A stretch of DNA of 64,000 nucleotides from Acidobacteriota bacterium. Lineage in GTDB: Bacteria; Acidobacteriota; Blastocatellia; Pyrinomonadales; Pyrinomonadaceae. Positions 1 through 8,361 of this stretch are shown piece by piece. How positions within the stretch are numbered: position 1 is the first letter of the stretch; each line of letters starts with the position of its first letter. The position numbers and the translations under genes were made by a program. Where the stretch lies: NCBI GenBank assembly GCA_032159235.1, contig JAVHWW010000075.1, forward strand, positions 3,717-67,716, in the 5' to 3' direction. Below the pieces are notes generated by a model. It was not told where the DNA came from. It did not search any database and saw nothing but the letters and a program-made list of their open reading frames with translations.

Positions 1-852
1 GTCGTCAAACCGAATCAGCCGGAGGCGTTGAAGACGACCTGCCATCTCATCGAGTGGCTCAACGAGCACGGCATCAAGTTGGTCGGCACGCCTGACCTTG
101 ATCGCCAGCGAATCGAGAGCGAGACCGGATGTCCGATGGAGATCGTCGAGCCGGAGAGACTCGCGGCGGGCGTTGACTTGATCGTCGTGCTCGGCGGCGA
201 CGGGACGATGATCGGCACGTCGCGCATGATCGGCGATTACGACGTGCCCGTGATCGGCATCAACTACGGGACGCTCGGCTATCTGGCGGAGTTTCGCGTC
301 GAAGAGATGTACACGGCGCTGGAATCAGTCTTCAACGGAGCTTACGACCTCGACACGCGCGTGCGCCTCTCCGTCGAACTCGTGCACGGCGAAGAGGTCT
401 TGATGCACAGCCGCGTGCTCAACGATGTCGTCATCAACAAGTCTGCGCTGGCACGCATCATCGAACTCGAAGCGTATATGAACGGGCAACTGATCAGTAG
501 TTTCCGCGCCGACGGCTTGATTATCTCCACGCCGACCGGCTCGACCGCTTACAATCTCTCGGCGGGCGGCCCCGTCATCTATCCCTCGATGAACGCGCTC
601 GTCATCACGCCCATCTGTCCCTTCACGCTCTCGGATCGCCCGCTCGTCGTCCCGGACAGTGCCTTGATTGAGTTGCGCCTGCGGACGACGAAAGAGGATG
701 TGGTCTTAACTCTCGACGGGCAGGTCGGACTTCCCATCCTGCCCGAACATCACGTGCGAATTAGAAAAAGTCTGACGACGTTTAAGATCGTGCAGCCGAA
801 GGATAGAAATTACTTCGAGGTGCTGCGCGAAAAACTGCGTTGGGGAAAATAG
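1..852 (+). CDS. nadK: NAD(+) kinase, 5'-partial (frame open to window edge)
   Basis: Frame 1 is open from nt 1 (VVKPNQPEAL precedes the first ATG at 28). GGDGTMIG and NYGTLGYL NAD-kinase motifs. TAG at 850-852. Confidence 0.9.
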   Translation, partial: VVKPNQPEALKTTCHLIEWLNEHGIKLVGTPDLDRQRIESETGCPMEIVEPERLAAGVDLIVVLGGDGTMIGTSRMIGDYDVPVIGINYGTLGYLAEFRVEEMYTALESVFNGAYDLDTRVRLSVELVHGEEVLMHSRVLNDVVINKSALARIIELEAYMNGQLISSFRADGLIISTPTGSTAYNLSAGGPVIYPSMNALVITPICPFTLSDRPLVVPDSALIELRLRTTKEDVVLTLDGQVGLPILPEHHVRIRKSLTTFKIVQPKDRNYFEVLREKLRWGK

Positions 853-856
853 AAGT

Positions 857-930
857 AGTTTTGAATTTTGAGTTTTGAGTGTTGAATTATTGTTTTCAAC
901 TCAAAACTCAGAATTCAAAACTCATAATTC
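857..930. repeat. Family C palindromic element (7-nt units GAGTTTT/GAATTTT)
   Basis: Left arm 857-886, loop 887-894, right arm 895-930. Arms are imperfect reverse complements. Begins 5 nt after the nadK stop. Same unit family as 15510-15594. Confidence 0.85.
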
Positions 931-1198
931 GACATCGGGACGGCTGGCAAACGTGATGTGGAGCGCGGGGCGGAATGAAACCATGCCCGCGCATCAGATG
1001 AGTGTATGAGAATGAGTCTTGCCGAAGCTCTCTCACTTGCCAGCGTTGAGATGTAAAAACGCTCAACGCCACGTAATTGAAGCGCCTTTCAAAAAATCCC
1101 CGCCTTTGAAGTCCAAAGGAACAGCAGGTGCATGAACCCACTTGTTTGACCACGCTCTCTGTTGTTTGGCTATTGCAGGCGAGCGTTTCTAACATGAG

Positions 1199-1981
1199 GT
1201 GACAGCAACGATGATCTTCCCGATAGGCGATGACAACTCCGACCGCACGAGCGCGCCCATCATCAACTATCTGCTCATTGCGATCAATATCGTGGTCTTC
1301 GTCTGGCTGCAACAGGCCGGTGCGAATGACAAGTTCACCTACGCTTACTCGACCGTTCCCGAAGAGATTAGAACCGGGCGCGATGTGACCGAGCGCGACA
1401 TCCCAAACAATTATGCGATGCAAGACCCGCAAAGCGGCGAGCGCCGTACACTTCCACTTCAGCCGACGCCGGGTTCAGTTTACCTCACGCTGCTGACTTC
1501 CATGTTCATGCACGGAAGCTGGATGCATCTGCTGGGCAACATGCTCTTTTTGTGGATATTCGGTGACAATGTCGAGAACGCTTTGGGACGCATCAGGTAT
1601 TTAATCTTCTACCTCTTGACGGGCTTGATTGCATCGCTCGCACAGGTCTTTACGACGTTTGCGTTCAACGGCAATCCGTTCATTCCGAGTCTCGGCGCTT
1701 CGGGCGCGATCTCCGGCGTGCTCGGCGGTTACCTGCTTTTGTTTCCGCGCAATCAGGTGCGCGTGATTCTGTTCAGGTTCCTGACCAGCGTTCCGGCCAT
1801 CGTCGCCATCGGTCTCTGGTTCGTGTTGCAGTTAGTCAGCGCGTTCGGCGTCATCGGTGCTGGCCCACAATCGGGCGGCGGCGTGGCATTCATGGCGCAC
1901 GTCGGCGGCTTCATCGCCGGACTCGTGCTCGTCAAAATCTTCGCCATCGGGCGCACGCCCACTGTGGCGAGACCTTATTAA
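1199..1981 (+). CDS. Rhomboid family intramembrane serine protease
   Basis: HLLGNMLFLWIFG and GASGAISGVLG (GxSG) motifs plus a downstream AHVGGF His. Multi-TM. Start is GTG 1199 or ATG 1211. Confidence 0.85.
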   Translation: MTATMIFPIGDDNSDRTSAPIINYLLIAINIVVFVWLQQAGANDKFTYAYSTVPEEIRTGRDVTERDIPNNYAMQDPQSGERRTLPLQPTPGSVYLTLLTSMFMHGSWMHLLGNMLFLWIFGDNVENALGRIRYLIFYLLTGLIASLAQVFTTFAFNGNPFIPSLGASGAISGVLGGYLLLFPRNQVRVILFRFLTSVPAIVAIGLWFVLQLVSAFGVIGAGPQSGGGVAFMAHVGGFIAGLVLVKIFAIGRTPTVARPY

Positions 1982-2053
1982 CTTTTCCCGCAACGTGTCT
2001 TCAACAGACGCTTGCGGCTTTGGCACTAAAATTCAAGCAAGGAGAAACAAGCA

Positions 2054-2512
2054 ATGGCTACGGATAACGACAAGACAGTCTCGACTCTCAACAACTTAAT
2101 CGAAACCTGCAAGGACGGCGAGAACGGATTCCGCACCGCCGCCGAAGGCATCAGGAAAGGTGAATTGAAGACGCTCTTCAACACCTACTCGCAGCAACGC
2201 GCGCAGTTTGCCGCCGAACTGCAAGCGGAAGTCCGTCATCTCGGCGGCGATCCTGAAAACTCTGGCAGCGTGGTCGCCACACTGCATCGCGGTTGGATCA
2301 ATCTCAAGTCAGCCGTCACGGGCAATGACGATGGCGCAATCATCAGCGAGTGTGAGCGCGGCGAGGATTCAGCCGTCAAAAATTATGAAGATGCTCTGAA
2401 GGAGAACCTGCCTGCCAACATTCGAGCAATCATCGAACAGCAGTTCACGCAGGTTAAGGAAGCGCACGATCAAGTCCGCGCGCTCGAAAGAGCCAGCAGC
2501 GCGAAAGCGTAA
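2054..2512 (+). CDS. PA2169/DUF2383-type ferritin-like four-helix protein
   Basis: 152 aa. The N-terminal LNNLIETCKDGENGFRTAAEG pattern is typical of the DUF2383 family. AAGGAGA lies upstream of the ATG. Confidence 0.7.
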   Translation: MATDNDKTVSTLNNLIETCKDGENGFRTAAEGIRKGELKTLFNTYSQQRAQFAAELQAEVRHLGGDPENSGSVVATLHRGWINLKSAVTGNDDGAIISECERGEDSAVKNYEDALKENLPANIRAIIEQQFTQVKEAHDQVRALERASSAKA

Positions 2513-2517
2513 AAGAA

Positions 2518-2623
2518 GAGACGCGGAGAGTGGGAGACGCGGCGACGCGGCGAGAAAGAAGAGTTGCTGTTGAGACCTCTCTTCTCTTTTCGCCGCGTCG
2601 CCGCGTCGCCGTGTCCCCGCGTC
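2518..2623. repeat. Family D palindromic element (8-nt units GAGACGCG/GGCGACGC)
   Basis: Left arm 2518-2563, loop 2564-2576, right arm 2577-2623. Inner GAAAGAAGAG/CTCTTCTCTTT extension. Starts 6 nt after the stop at 2512. Confidence 0.85.
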
Positions 2624-2689
2624 GCTTTTGCCTTTCCGCACGCCGCTCCTGTAAGATCACCCGTCAACCAAGCTGTAGGAGTTTTATCC

Positions 2690-3112
2690 GTGTCAACGAC
2701 TGAAACCATTCTTCCTCCCGCCAATCAACAGGGTCTCGACATCCGCTCGACGCCACGCGCTGAGATGAATCTTTACCCGCTCGACACTTTCCAGTATGAA
2801 TTCGTCGGGCGCGAAATTAGTATCAACTTTGAGATACCGGAATTCACGGCCATCTGTCCGTTCTCGGATTTCCCGGACTTCGCCATCATCCGTCTCGAGT
2901 ATGTCCCGAACGAACGCTGCATCGAACTCAAGAGCCTGAAACTCTACATCAACTCATTTCGTGAGGTGAAAATTTTCCACGAGCACGTCATCAACATCAT
3001 CCTCGAAGACTTCGTTGCCGCCTGCGATCCCTTGCGCGTGGAGATTGAAGGCGACTTCCACATTCGCGGAAACATTAAGACTATTGTCAGAGCGAGATAC
3101 GAAAAACAGTAG
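2690..3112 (+). CDS. queF: NADPH-dependent 7-cyano-7-deazaguanine reductase (type I QueF)
   Basis: [14 protein letters not shown] catalytic-Cys region and the ELKSLKLY QueF motif. GTG 2690 is preceded by AGGAG (2677-2681). The longer ORF from 2564 reads through the family D hairpin and is rejected. Confidence 0.85.
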   Translation: MSTTETILPPANQQGLDIRSTPRAEMNLYPLDTFQYEFVGREISINFEIPEFTAICPFSDFPDFAIIRLEYVPNERCIELKSLKLYINSFREVKIFHEHVINIILEDFVAACDPLRVEIEGDFHIRGNIKTIVRARYEKQ

Positions 3113-3138
3113 TCAGTGGTCGGTGGTCGGTGGTCAGT
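3113..3138. repeat. Family A left arm (GTGGTCR 7-mers), split element
   Basis: TCAGTGGTCGGTGGTCGGTGGTCAGT directly after the queF TAG (3110-3112). Complementary to 3548-3578, 410 nt downstream. Confidence 0.8.
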
Positions 3139-3159
3139 TAAACGAAGGAGTATCGGCTG

Positions 3160-3552
3160 ATGCCACTTAAAAGTTACGGCGAGTTGATTGCTTGGCAGAA
3201 GGCTATGGATTTGGTGCAAAGTGTTTATGAAGCGGTCAGGGCTTTTCCGAAAGAGGAGATTTATGGATTAACGAGCCAGTTGAAGCGGGCTGCGGTTTCC
3301 GTGCCATCGAACATTGCCGAAGGGCAAGGGCGCAAGTCCACTCGTGAATTTCTACATCATTTATCTATCGCCTATGGCTCACTCATGGAAGTGGAAACAC
3401 AAATACTCATCGCAGTCAGGCTTGACTATTTGAGTCAACAAGATGCCGAACGGATTATTGAACGAACATCGGAAGTCGGTCGGCTCATCAACGGCTTATC
3501 GAATGCTCTGGCTAATAAACAAACTGAAGCTGCCACAGCACTGAACAACTGA
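3160..3552 (+). CDS. Four-helix-bundle protein (23S rRNA intervening-sequence protein / Avd family)
   Basis: AWQKAMDLV...LKRAAVSVPSNIAEGQGR...EFLHHLSIAYGSLMEVETQ is the family signature. GAAGGAG at 3144-3150. The TGA stop lies inside the right arm of the family A repeat. Confidence 0.85.
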   Translation: MPLKSYGELIAWQKAMDLVQSVYEAVRAFPKEEIYGLTSQLKRAAVSVPSNIAEGQGRKSTREFLHHLSIAYGSLMEVETQILIAVRLDYLSQQDAERIIERTSEVGRLINGLSNALANKQTEAATALNN

Positions 3553-3578
3553 CCACCGACCACTGACCACTGACCACT
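3548..3578. repeat. Family A right arm (TGACCAC 7-mers), split element
   Basis: ACTGACCACCGACCACTGACCACTGACCACT, reverse complement of 3113-3138. Followed 4 nt later by the ATG at 3583. Confidence 0.8.
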
Positions 3579-3582
3579 ACTT

Positions 3583-3807
3583 ATGACTTTTGCACTTTCA
3601 TCAATCGGCGGAATCATTGCGGCACTGGTGCTGTTCATCATCCTGAAGCGCGTCATCGGCATAGTTTTCCGCATCATTCTGGCGGGAGTCTTGCTGTTAG
3701 CGATTGTGATAGGTGGTTGGTGGTGGTCGAGGTCTGGTAATTCCTCGACCGCTAACGACAATAATGCTCATCCGCAGCAAACGCAGCCCGCGAAGAAGAA
3801 ACGCTAA
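3583..3807 (+). CDS. Small two-TM membrane protein, hypothetical
   Basis: 74 aa with two hydrophobic helices and a basic C-tail. No recognisable family. Confidence 0.45.
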   Translation: MTFALSSIGGIIAALVLFIILKRVIGIVFRIILAGVLLLAIVIGGWWWSRSGNSSTANDNNAHPQQTQPAKKKR

Positions 3808-3825
3808 TCAGTTCATCTCTTAAAC

Positions 3826-5139
3826 ATGGCGGAAACAGATACCGACGCTGCCGACCAGTTTGATGCTGCGAGCAACGGGCAGAAACTTGACGAGGGCACG
3901 CCGGGACTCTGGCGGCGTTATCGGCGTCTTCCGAAAAATGTCTTCGTCATCGGTTTCATCAGTCTGCTCAACGATGCGTCGAGCGAGATCATCTATCCTC
4001 TGCTGCCGCTTTTCTTGACCGGCGCGCTTGGTGCTTCGCCGAGAGCCATCGGTGTGATTGAAGGCGCGGCGGAATCCGTCTCAAGTCTGCTCAAACTCTT
4101 CGCCGGATATTTCTCTGACAAGCGCGGACGGCGTAAAGGGATGGTCGTCTTCGGCTATGCGCTGGCGAATACGGTTCGCCCACTTATTGGCTTTGCGACG
4201 AGTTGGTATCAGGTACTTGCCATCCGCTTGACGGATCGCGTCGGTAAAGGCGTCCGCACAGCGCCGCGTGATGCGATGATCGCGGACGGAGTGTCTGTCA
4301 AAGAGCGCGGATTGGCCTTCGGGTTTCATCGTGCGATGGATCACGCGGGCGCTGTCATCGGGCCGCTCATCGGCTTTCTGTTGATCCAATTAATTGCGCA
4401 AGATAGAAACAATGCAACGCTTGGCGATTACAGAAAAGTCTTCCTCCTGGCTTCCATTCCTGCACTTGCCGCTGTCCTCGTCGCTGTCGTGGGTTTGCGT
4501 GAATCTGCGACGAAGCGCGGGGCTGATGAATTAACTCCGCCGCGCCTGAGTCTTCGCGGTTTCGATGGAAACTTCAAACGATTTCTGATTCTCGTTGCGC
4601 TTTTCACCTTATCGAACTCAACCGACGCTTTTCTGATTCTTCGTGCTAAACAGGCCGGAATTCCCGATAGTAATATCCTCTTACTGTGGGCCGCACTGCA
4701 CGGAGTTAAAGTTCTCAGTTCACTCATTGGCGGAGATTTGTCTGATCGGCTGGGTCGCAAGACTTTGATCGTTTCCGGCTGGCTGCTGTACGCAGCCGTT
4801 TATTTAGGCTTCGCTTTCGTCTCAACGAACGGCATGGCGTGGATACTCTTTCTCATCTACGGCGTCTATTTCGGCCTGGCTGAAGGAACAGAGAAGGCGC
4901 TCGTCGCAGACCTCGTGCGGCCAGAGCAGCGCGGGACGGCTTACGGGATGTATAATCTGGCTTTCGGCATTACTGTGCTTCCCGCTTCGCTGTTGATGGG
5001 CATTCTCTGGGACTGGCGCGGCCCGCAGACGGCGTTCATCGTGAGCGCGGCCATCGGCGCGCTTGCTGCGTTGCTGTTACTTTTGCTTGTCAGTACGCGG
5101 GCACACTCAAGCGGCGAGCAACTTCAAGCCGGACACTGA
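3826..5139 (+). CDS. MFS transporter
   Basis: 437 aa, about 12 TM. GYFSDKRGRRKG and DRLGRK loop motifs typical of MFS. Confidence 0.85.
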   Translation: MAETDTDAADQFDAASNGQKLDEGTPGLWRRYRRLPKNVFVIGFISLLNDASSEIIYPLLPLFLTGALGASPRAIGVIEGAAESVSSLLKLFAGYFSDKRGRRKGMVVFGYALANTVRPLIGFATSWYQVLAIRLTDRVGKGVRTAPRDAMIADGVSVKERGLAFGFHRAMDHAGAVIGPLIGFLLIQLIAQDRNNATLGDYRKVFLLASIPALAAVLVAVVGLRESATKRGADELTPPRLSLRGFDGNFKRFLILVALFTLSNSTDAFLILRAKQAGIPDSNILLLWAALHGVKVLSSLIGGDLSDRLGRKTLIVSGWLLYAAVYLGFAFVSTNGMAWILFLIYGVYFGLAEGTEKALVADLVRPEQRGTAYGMYNLAFGITVLPASLLMGILWDWRGPQTAFIVSAAIGALAALLLLLLVSTRAHSSGEQLQAGH

Positions 5140-5199
5140 CGGAAGCAGCGTTTCGTTGCTTGATAAAAGAGAGCTGATTGAAGTTCGGAGAGAAATAAC

Positions 5200-5508
5200 T
5201 TGAGCCTTAACGTCGAACGCTGGGACGGAAGTGAGATGCCTGAAGCGCACGTTTTACGCAAGCGCATGGAGGCTGAAGGTTACAGTGTCTTCGAGTCGCG
5301 GGACGCGGCGGGCACGTCTTACGGCCCGCACAGCCACGCCGAAGATCAATCGCACTGGATCGTGAGCGGTGCGCTCACTCTGCGCGTCGGCTGGGAGGAA
5401 TACACCTTGCGCGCGGGCGACCGTGATTATCTTCCGGCCAACACGGAACATTCCGCAGTCGTGCACGGCAACGAACCCGTCATCTATCTGATCGGCATAA
5501 AATATTGA
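5200..5508 (+). CDS. Cupin domain protein
   Basis: 102 aa. HSHAEDQSHWIVSG...P-x-x-x-EHSAV is a cupin two-motif pattern. TTG start with GGAGAG upstream. Confidence 0.7.
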   Translation: MSLNVERWDGSEMPEAHVLRKRMEAEGYSVFESRDAAGTSYGPHSHAEDQSHWIVSGALTLRVGWEEYTLRAGDRDYLPANTEHSAVVHGNEPVIYLIGIKY

Positions 5509-7289
5509 TGATTGCAACAGACTATCAACTGATTACCACACCCGAAGAATTACGCACTGCTGTCGAAGAGTTAAAGCATCATGCAGCCATTGGCTTCGAC
5601 ACTGAAACCACCGACCTTGATCCCTATCGCGGTCGCCTCCGCCTGATCCAACTCGCCGCCTCGGACGGCGTGCGGATTATTGATCTCGACCGCTTCGCCG
5701 ACGGCGATTTGAAGAAGAGCGATGCGCTCGCGCCGCTCAGAGAACTGCTCGCGGCGCATCGTCCCGTCAAGATCGCGCACAATGCAAAGTTTGACGCGAA
5801 GTGGACGAAGCATACGCTCGGAGTTGAGATCGGCGGACTGTTCGACACGTTGCTGGCGAGCCAGATTGTTTCGGCTGGCGACATGGATGAGCGTCATAGT
5901 CTCGAAGCCGTCGCCGCGCGCTATCTCAACGAGACGATTGACAAGGCCGAACAACTGAGCGATTGGAGCGGCGAGCTTTCGGAAAGGCAACTTGAATATG
6001 CCGCACGCGATGCTTCCGTGCTTCCTCCTCTGCGAGAGAAGTTGATTGAGAGGCTCAAAGCTGATGCGCTCGTGAATTGCGCGCAACTCGAATTTGAATG
6101 CGTGCTGCCTGTCGCGGCTCTCGAACTCGCGGGCTTCTATCTGGACAAAGATCGCTGGCGCGAGCAATTGGCCGTCGTCGAGAAAAAGCGCGAACAACTA
6201 TCTAACGAACTGCAAGAGATGATGGCCGAAGAATCCGCGCAAGGGTCGCTCTTCGGCGGGCCGAGCCGCATAGACCTCAATCTGGATTCGCACGTGCAGT
6301 TGACCAGAGCCTTAACGCGACTCGGTGTGCCCGTCCCCGACTCAACGCGCAACTGGAAACTCCAGCCGTTGGCCGCAGAATATCCGGTCGTCGCCAAGCT
6401 GCTCGAATACCGCACGATGCAGAAGGCGTTGACGAGTTACGGTGAAAATGTCTTGAACGAAATCAGTCCGGTGACGGGACGCATTCACGCGGACTTTCGA
6501 CAGATCGGCGCGCCGACCGGAAGATTTAGCTGCAACAATCCCAACATCCAGCAAGTGCCGCACTCCATCGAGTACCGACGCTGCTTCCGCGCACCCGAAG
6601 GAAGAAAACTCATCATCAGTGATTATTCGCAGATAGAGTTGCGTATTCTCGCGGACTTCACAGGCGATCAAGGCTTCGTTGATGCTTTCAATTCGGGCGC
6701 TGACCTGCATAAAGTCACCGCCGCGCAAGTCTTCAGCGTCCCGCTCGATAAGGTGACGAAGGAACAACGTGACTTCGCCAAGCGTCTCAACTTCGGCGTG
6801 GTCTATGGCATCGGCGCACAGCGTTTCTCAATGATGACGGGTCTCTCACTCACGAATGCCGAAGACATCCTGCGTCGCTACTTTGCCACCTATCGTCAAC
6901 TCGACGCCTGGCTCCGCGACGCAGCCCAACGCGCAGTCCGCGACCGCACGGCACGCACCGCATCGGGTCGCCTGGCACGCTTTCGCTTCGATTCCGAAGA
7001 CAGGCAGGCGATGTCTCTTGCTCAACGCAACGGAAAAAATACGCCCATCCAGGGATCGAGTGCCGACATTCTCAAACGTGCCCTCCGACTTCTTCACGAT
7101 CAACTACGCGACACGACCGCCTGCATCGTCAACATCGTGCATGATGAGATCGTGGTCGAAGCAGATGCTGATGACACTGAAGCTATCGCCAAAAAAGTTG
7201 AAGATGCGATGTGCGCGGCGGGCGAGGAGTACGTCAAGAAAGTTCCGGTGAAAGTTGAAACAGAAGTGTCGGACGAGTGGGTGAAATAG
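5508..7289 (+). CDS. polA: Family A DNA polymerase with 3'-5' exonuclease domain, no 5'-nuclease domain (Klenow-like)
   Basis: Exo motifs FDTETT, HNAKFD, YAARDA. Pol motifs DYSQIELRILA (A), RDFAKRLNFGVVYG (B), VHDEIVVE (C). ATG 5508 overlaps the cupin TGA (TGATG); an in-frame TTG lies at 5505. Confidence 0.9.
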   Translation: MIATDYQLITTPEELRTAVEELKHHAAIGFDTETTDLDPYRGRLRLIQLAASDGVRIIDLDRFADGDLKKSDALAPLRELLAAHRPVKIAHNAKFDAKWTKHTLGVEIGGLFDTLLASQIVSAGDMDERHSLEAVAARYLNETIDKAEQLSDWSGELSERQLEYAARDASVLPPLREKLIERLKADALVNCAQLEFECVLPVAALELAGFYLDKDRWREQLAVVEKKREQLSNELQEMMAEESAQGSLFGGPSRIDLNLDSHVQLTRALTRLGVPVPDSTRNWKLQPLAAEYPVVAKLLEYRTMQKALTSYGENVLNEISPVTGRIHADFRQIGAPTGRFSCNNPNIQQVPHSIEYRRCFRAPEGRKLIISDYSQIELRILADFTGDQGFVDAFNSGADLHKVTAAQVFSVPLDKVTKEQRDFAKRLNFGVVYGIGAQRFSMMTGLSLTNAEDILRRYFATYRQLDAWLRDAAQRAVRDRTARTASGRLARFRFDSEDRQAMSLAQRNGKNTPIQGSSADILKRALRLLHDQLRDTTACIVNIVHDEIVVEADADDTEAIAKKVEDAMCAAGEEYVKKVPVKVETEVSDEWVK

Positions 7290-7323
7290 ATAGTCGGCGA
7301 CGGCGCTCGCTGAGATTGCGCGT

Positions 7324-8361
7324 CTATTTCGATTTCGGGATCATCAGCAGATCAATATGAGAAGTATCACGCTTGTCGAATCGGCGCAGCACCTTCTCAA
7401 TATTATCCTCACATTCGATTAACTGATGATCGAACTCCAGGATTGAGATGTCATATCCTGCATTTATTAGCTCGTTAAGAAAGTCTTGGTCCGAGACGCC
7501 CGAGACGCTCCGCAATCCTGCCGGAGAAAACTCCGAGATGATAATTGGGCGATGAGATTTGAGGATATTTTCTGATCCTCGTAAGACGAGGTATTCAGCT
7601 CCCTCGACATCCATTTTAATAAGATTGACTGATTCTTCATCGCGCAGAACATCATCAAGCCTTAAGGCAGGAACGATGTGTCGTGAAGCTATGGATTCCA
7701 GATTAACATCAAATTGAGAAATGATGCCGTTTCCATGAGTCTCATCATAGATCACGGTTTTTCTTTGATCGGCAACCGCAAATGGATAAATCTCTATGTT
7801 AGAAAGCCCATTACCTTTTGCGCTCATGTAAAGCAGTTTGCAAAAAAACTGGCTCGGCTCAAAACTTATAACCTTGCCGCTCTTTCCAACTTCCAGTGCG
7901 GCGATTAAGCTGAGATAGCCGATATTAGCTCCCACATCAACAAAGACCATGCCGGGCTTCAATACGCGCCGGATAACTGCTGTGATGTGCGGTTCGTACT
8001 GATGCGCCTCAATAATTGCTCGCGCGACGGGTGAGTCTTGTGAGGGGACGAATATTTTGAATCCATCCAACTCAATAAGTTGAATTGTCGAGCGCACGTT
8101 TTCTTGATCCAGTTGTCGGTTGCGGAACTCGACGGAGTTTAGAAAAGAAGCGACAAGGCTTTGAACGCTCGTACCACTTTTGATGGCAGACGTATAAGTA
8201 ATCCAGCCATCGGGGTCGGGTTCTCTATTCAGGATCAAGCGATAGCAGTAGTAAATATCCTCTTCGGAGGCGGTCTCCCAATTAGGTTCAGTGGCATGTT
8301 CAGTATGGCTCGAAAAACGCATAGCTTCATTATCCGAAAATGTTTGAGACCTCTTAGCCAT
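7324..8361 (-). CDS. FkbM-family methyltransferase with N-terminal DUF4214-like domain
   Basis: VDVGANIGYLSL SAM motif. N-terminal YCYRLILNREPDPDGW...SFLNSVEF pattern. Visibly AT-richer than its neighbours. Overlaps the upstream permease gene by 8 nt. Confidence 0.8.
   Translation of the reverse strand: MAKRSQTFSDNEAMRFSSHTEHATEPNWETASEEDIYYCYRLILNREPDPDGWITYTSAIKSGTSVQSLVASFLNSVEFRNRQLDQENVRSTIQLIELDGFKIFVPSQDSPVARAIIEAHQYEPHITAVIRRVLKPGMVFVDVGANIGYLSLIAALEVGKSGKVISFEPSQFFCKLLYMSAKGNGLSNIEIYPFAVADQRKTVIYDETHGNGIISQFDVNLESIASRHIVPALRLDDVLRDEESVNLIKMDVEGAEYLVLRGSENILKSHRPIIISEFSPAGLRSVSGVSDQDFLNELINAGYDISILEFDHQLIECEDNIEKVLRRFDKRDTSHIDLLMIPKSK

Noticed and set aside
908-1432. Long antisense or shadow ORFs inside or opposite confident genes (for example 908-1432, 5571-6197, 13587-14207, 15582-16328, 16422-17036, 19989-20627, 25903-26430, 30909-31685, 36468-37199, 40704-41408, 46376-46921, 48844-49431, 50302-50907, 52060-52650, 53562-54140, 61750-62505).
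   Set aside because: These are typical GC-rich antisense open frames with Arg/Ala/Pro-rich composition and no motifs. Each is fully overlapped by a gene with clear family signatures.
2564-2689. N-terminal extensions of the longest ORFs (2564, 13365, 17518, 34536, 37453, 38317, 48346, 49509, 34344, 22174).
   Set aside because: The extensions read through palindromic repeat arms or overlap neighbouring genes. They have low-complexity repeat-derived sequence, and better internal starts with SD or signal peptides exist.
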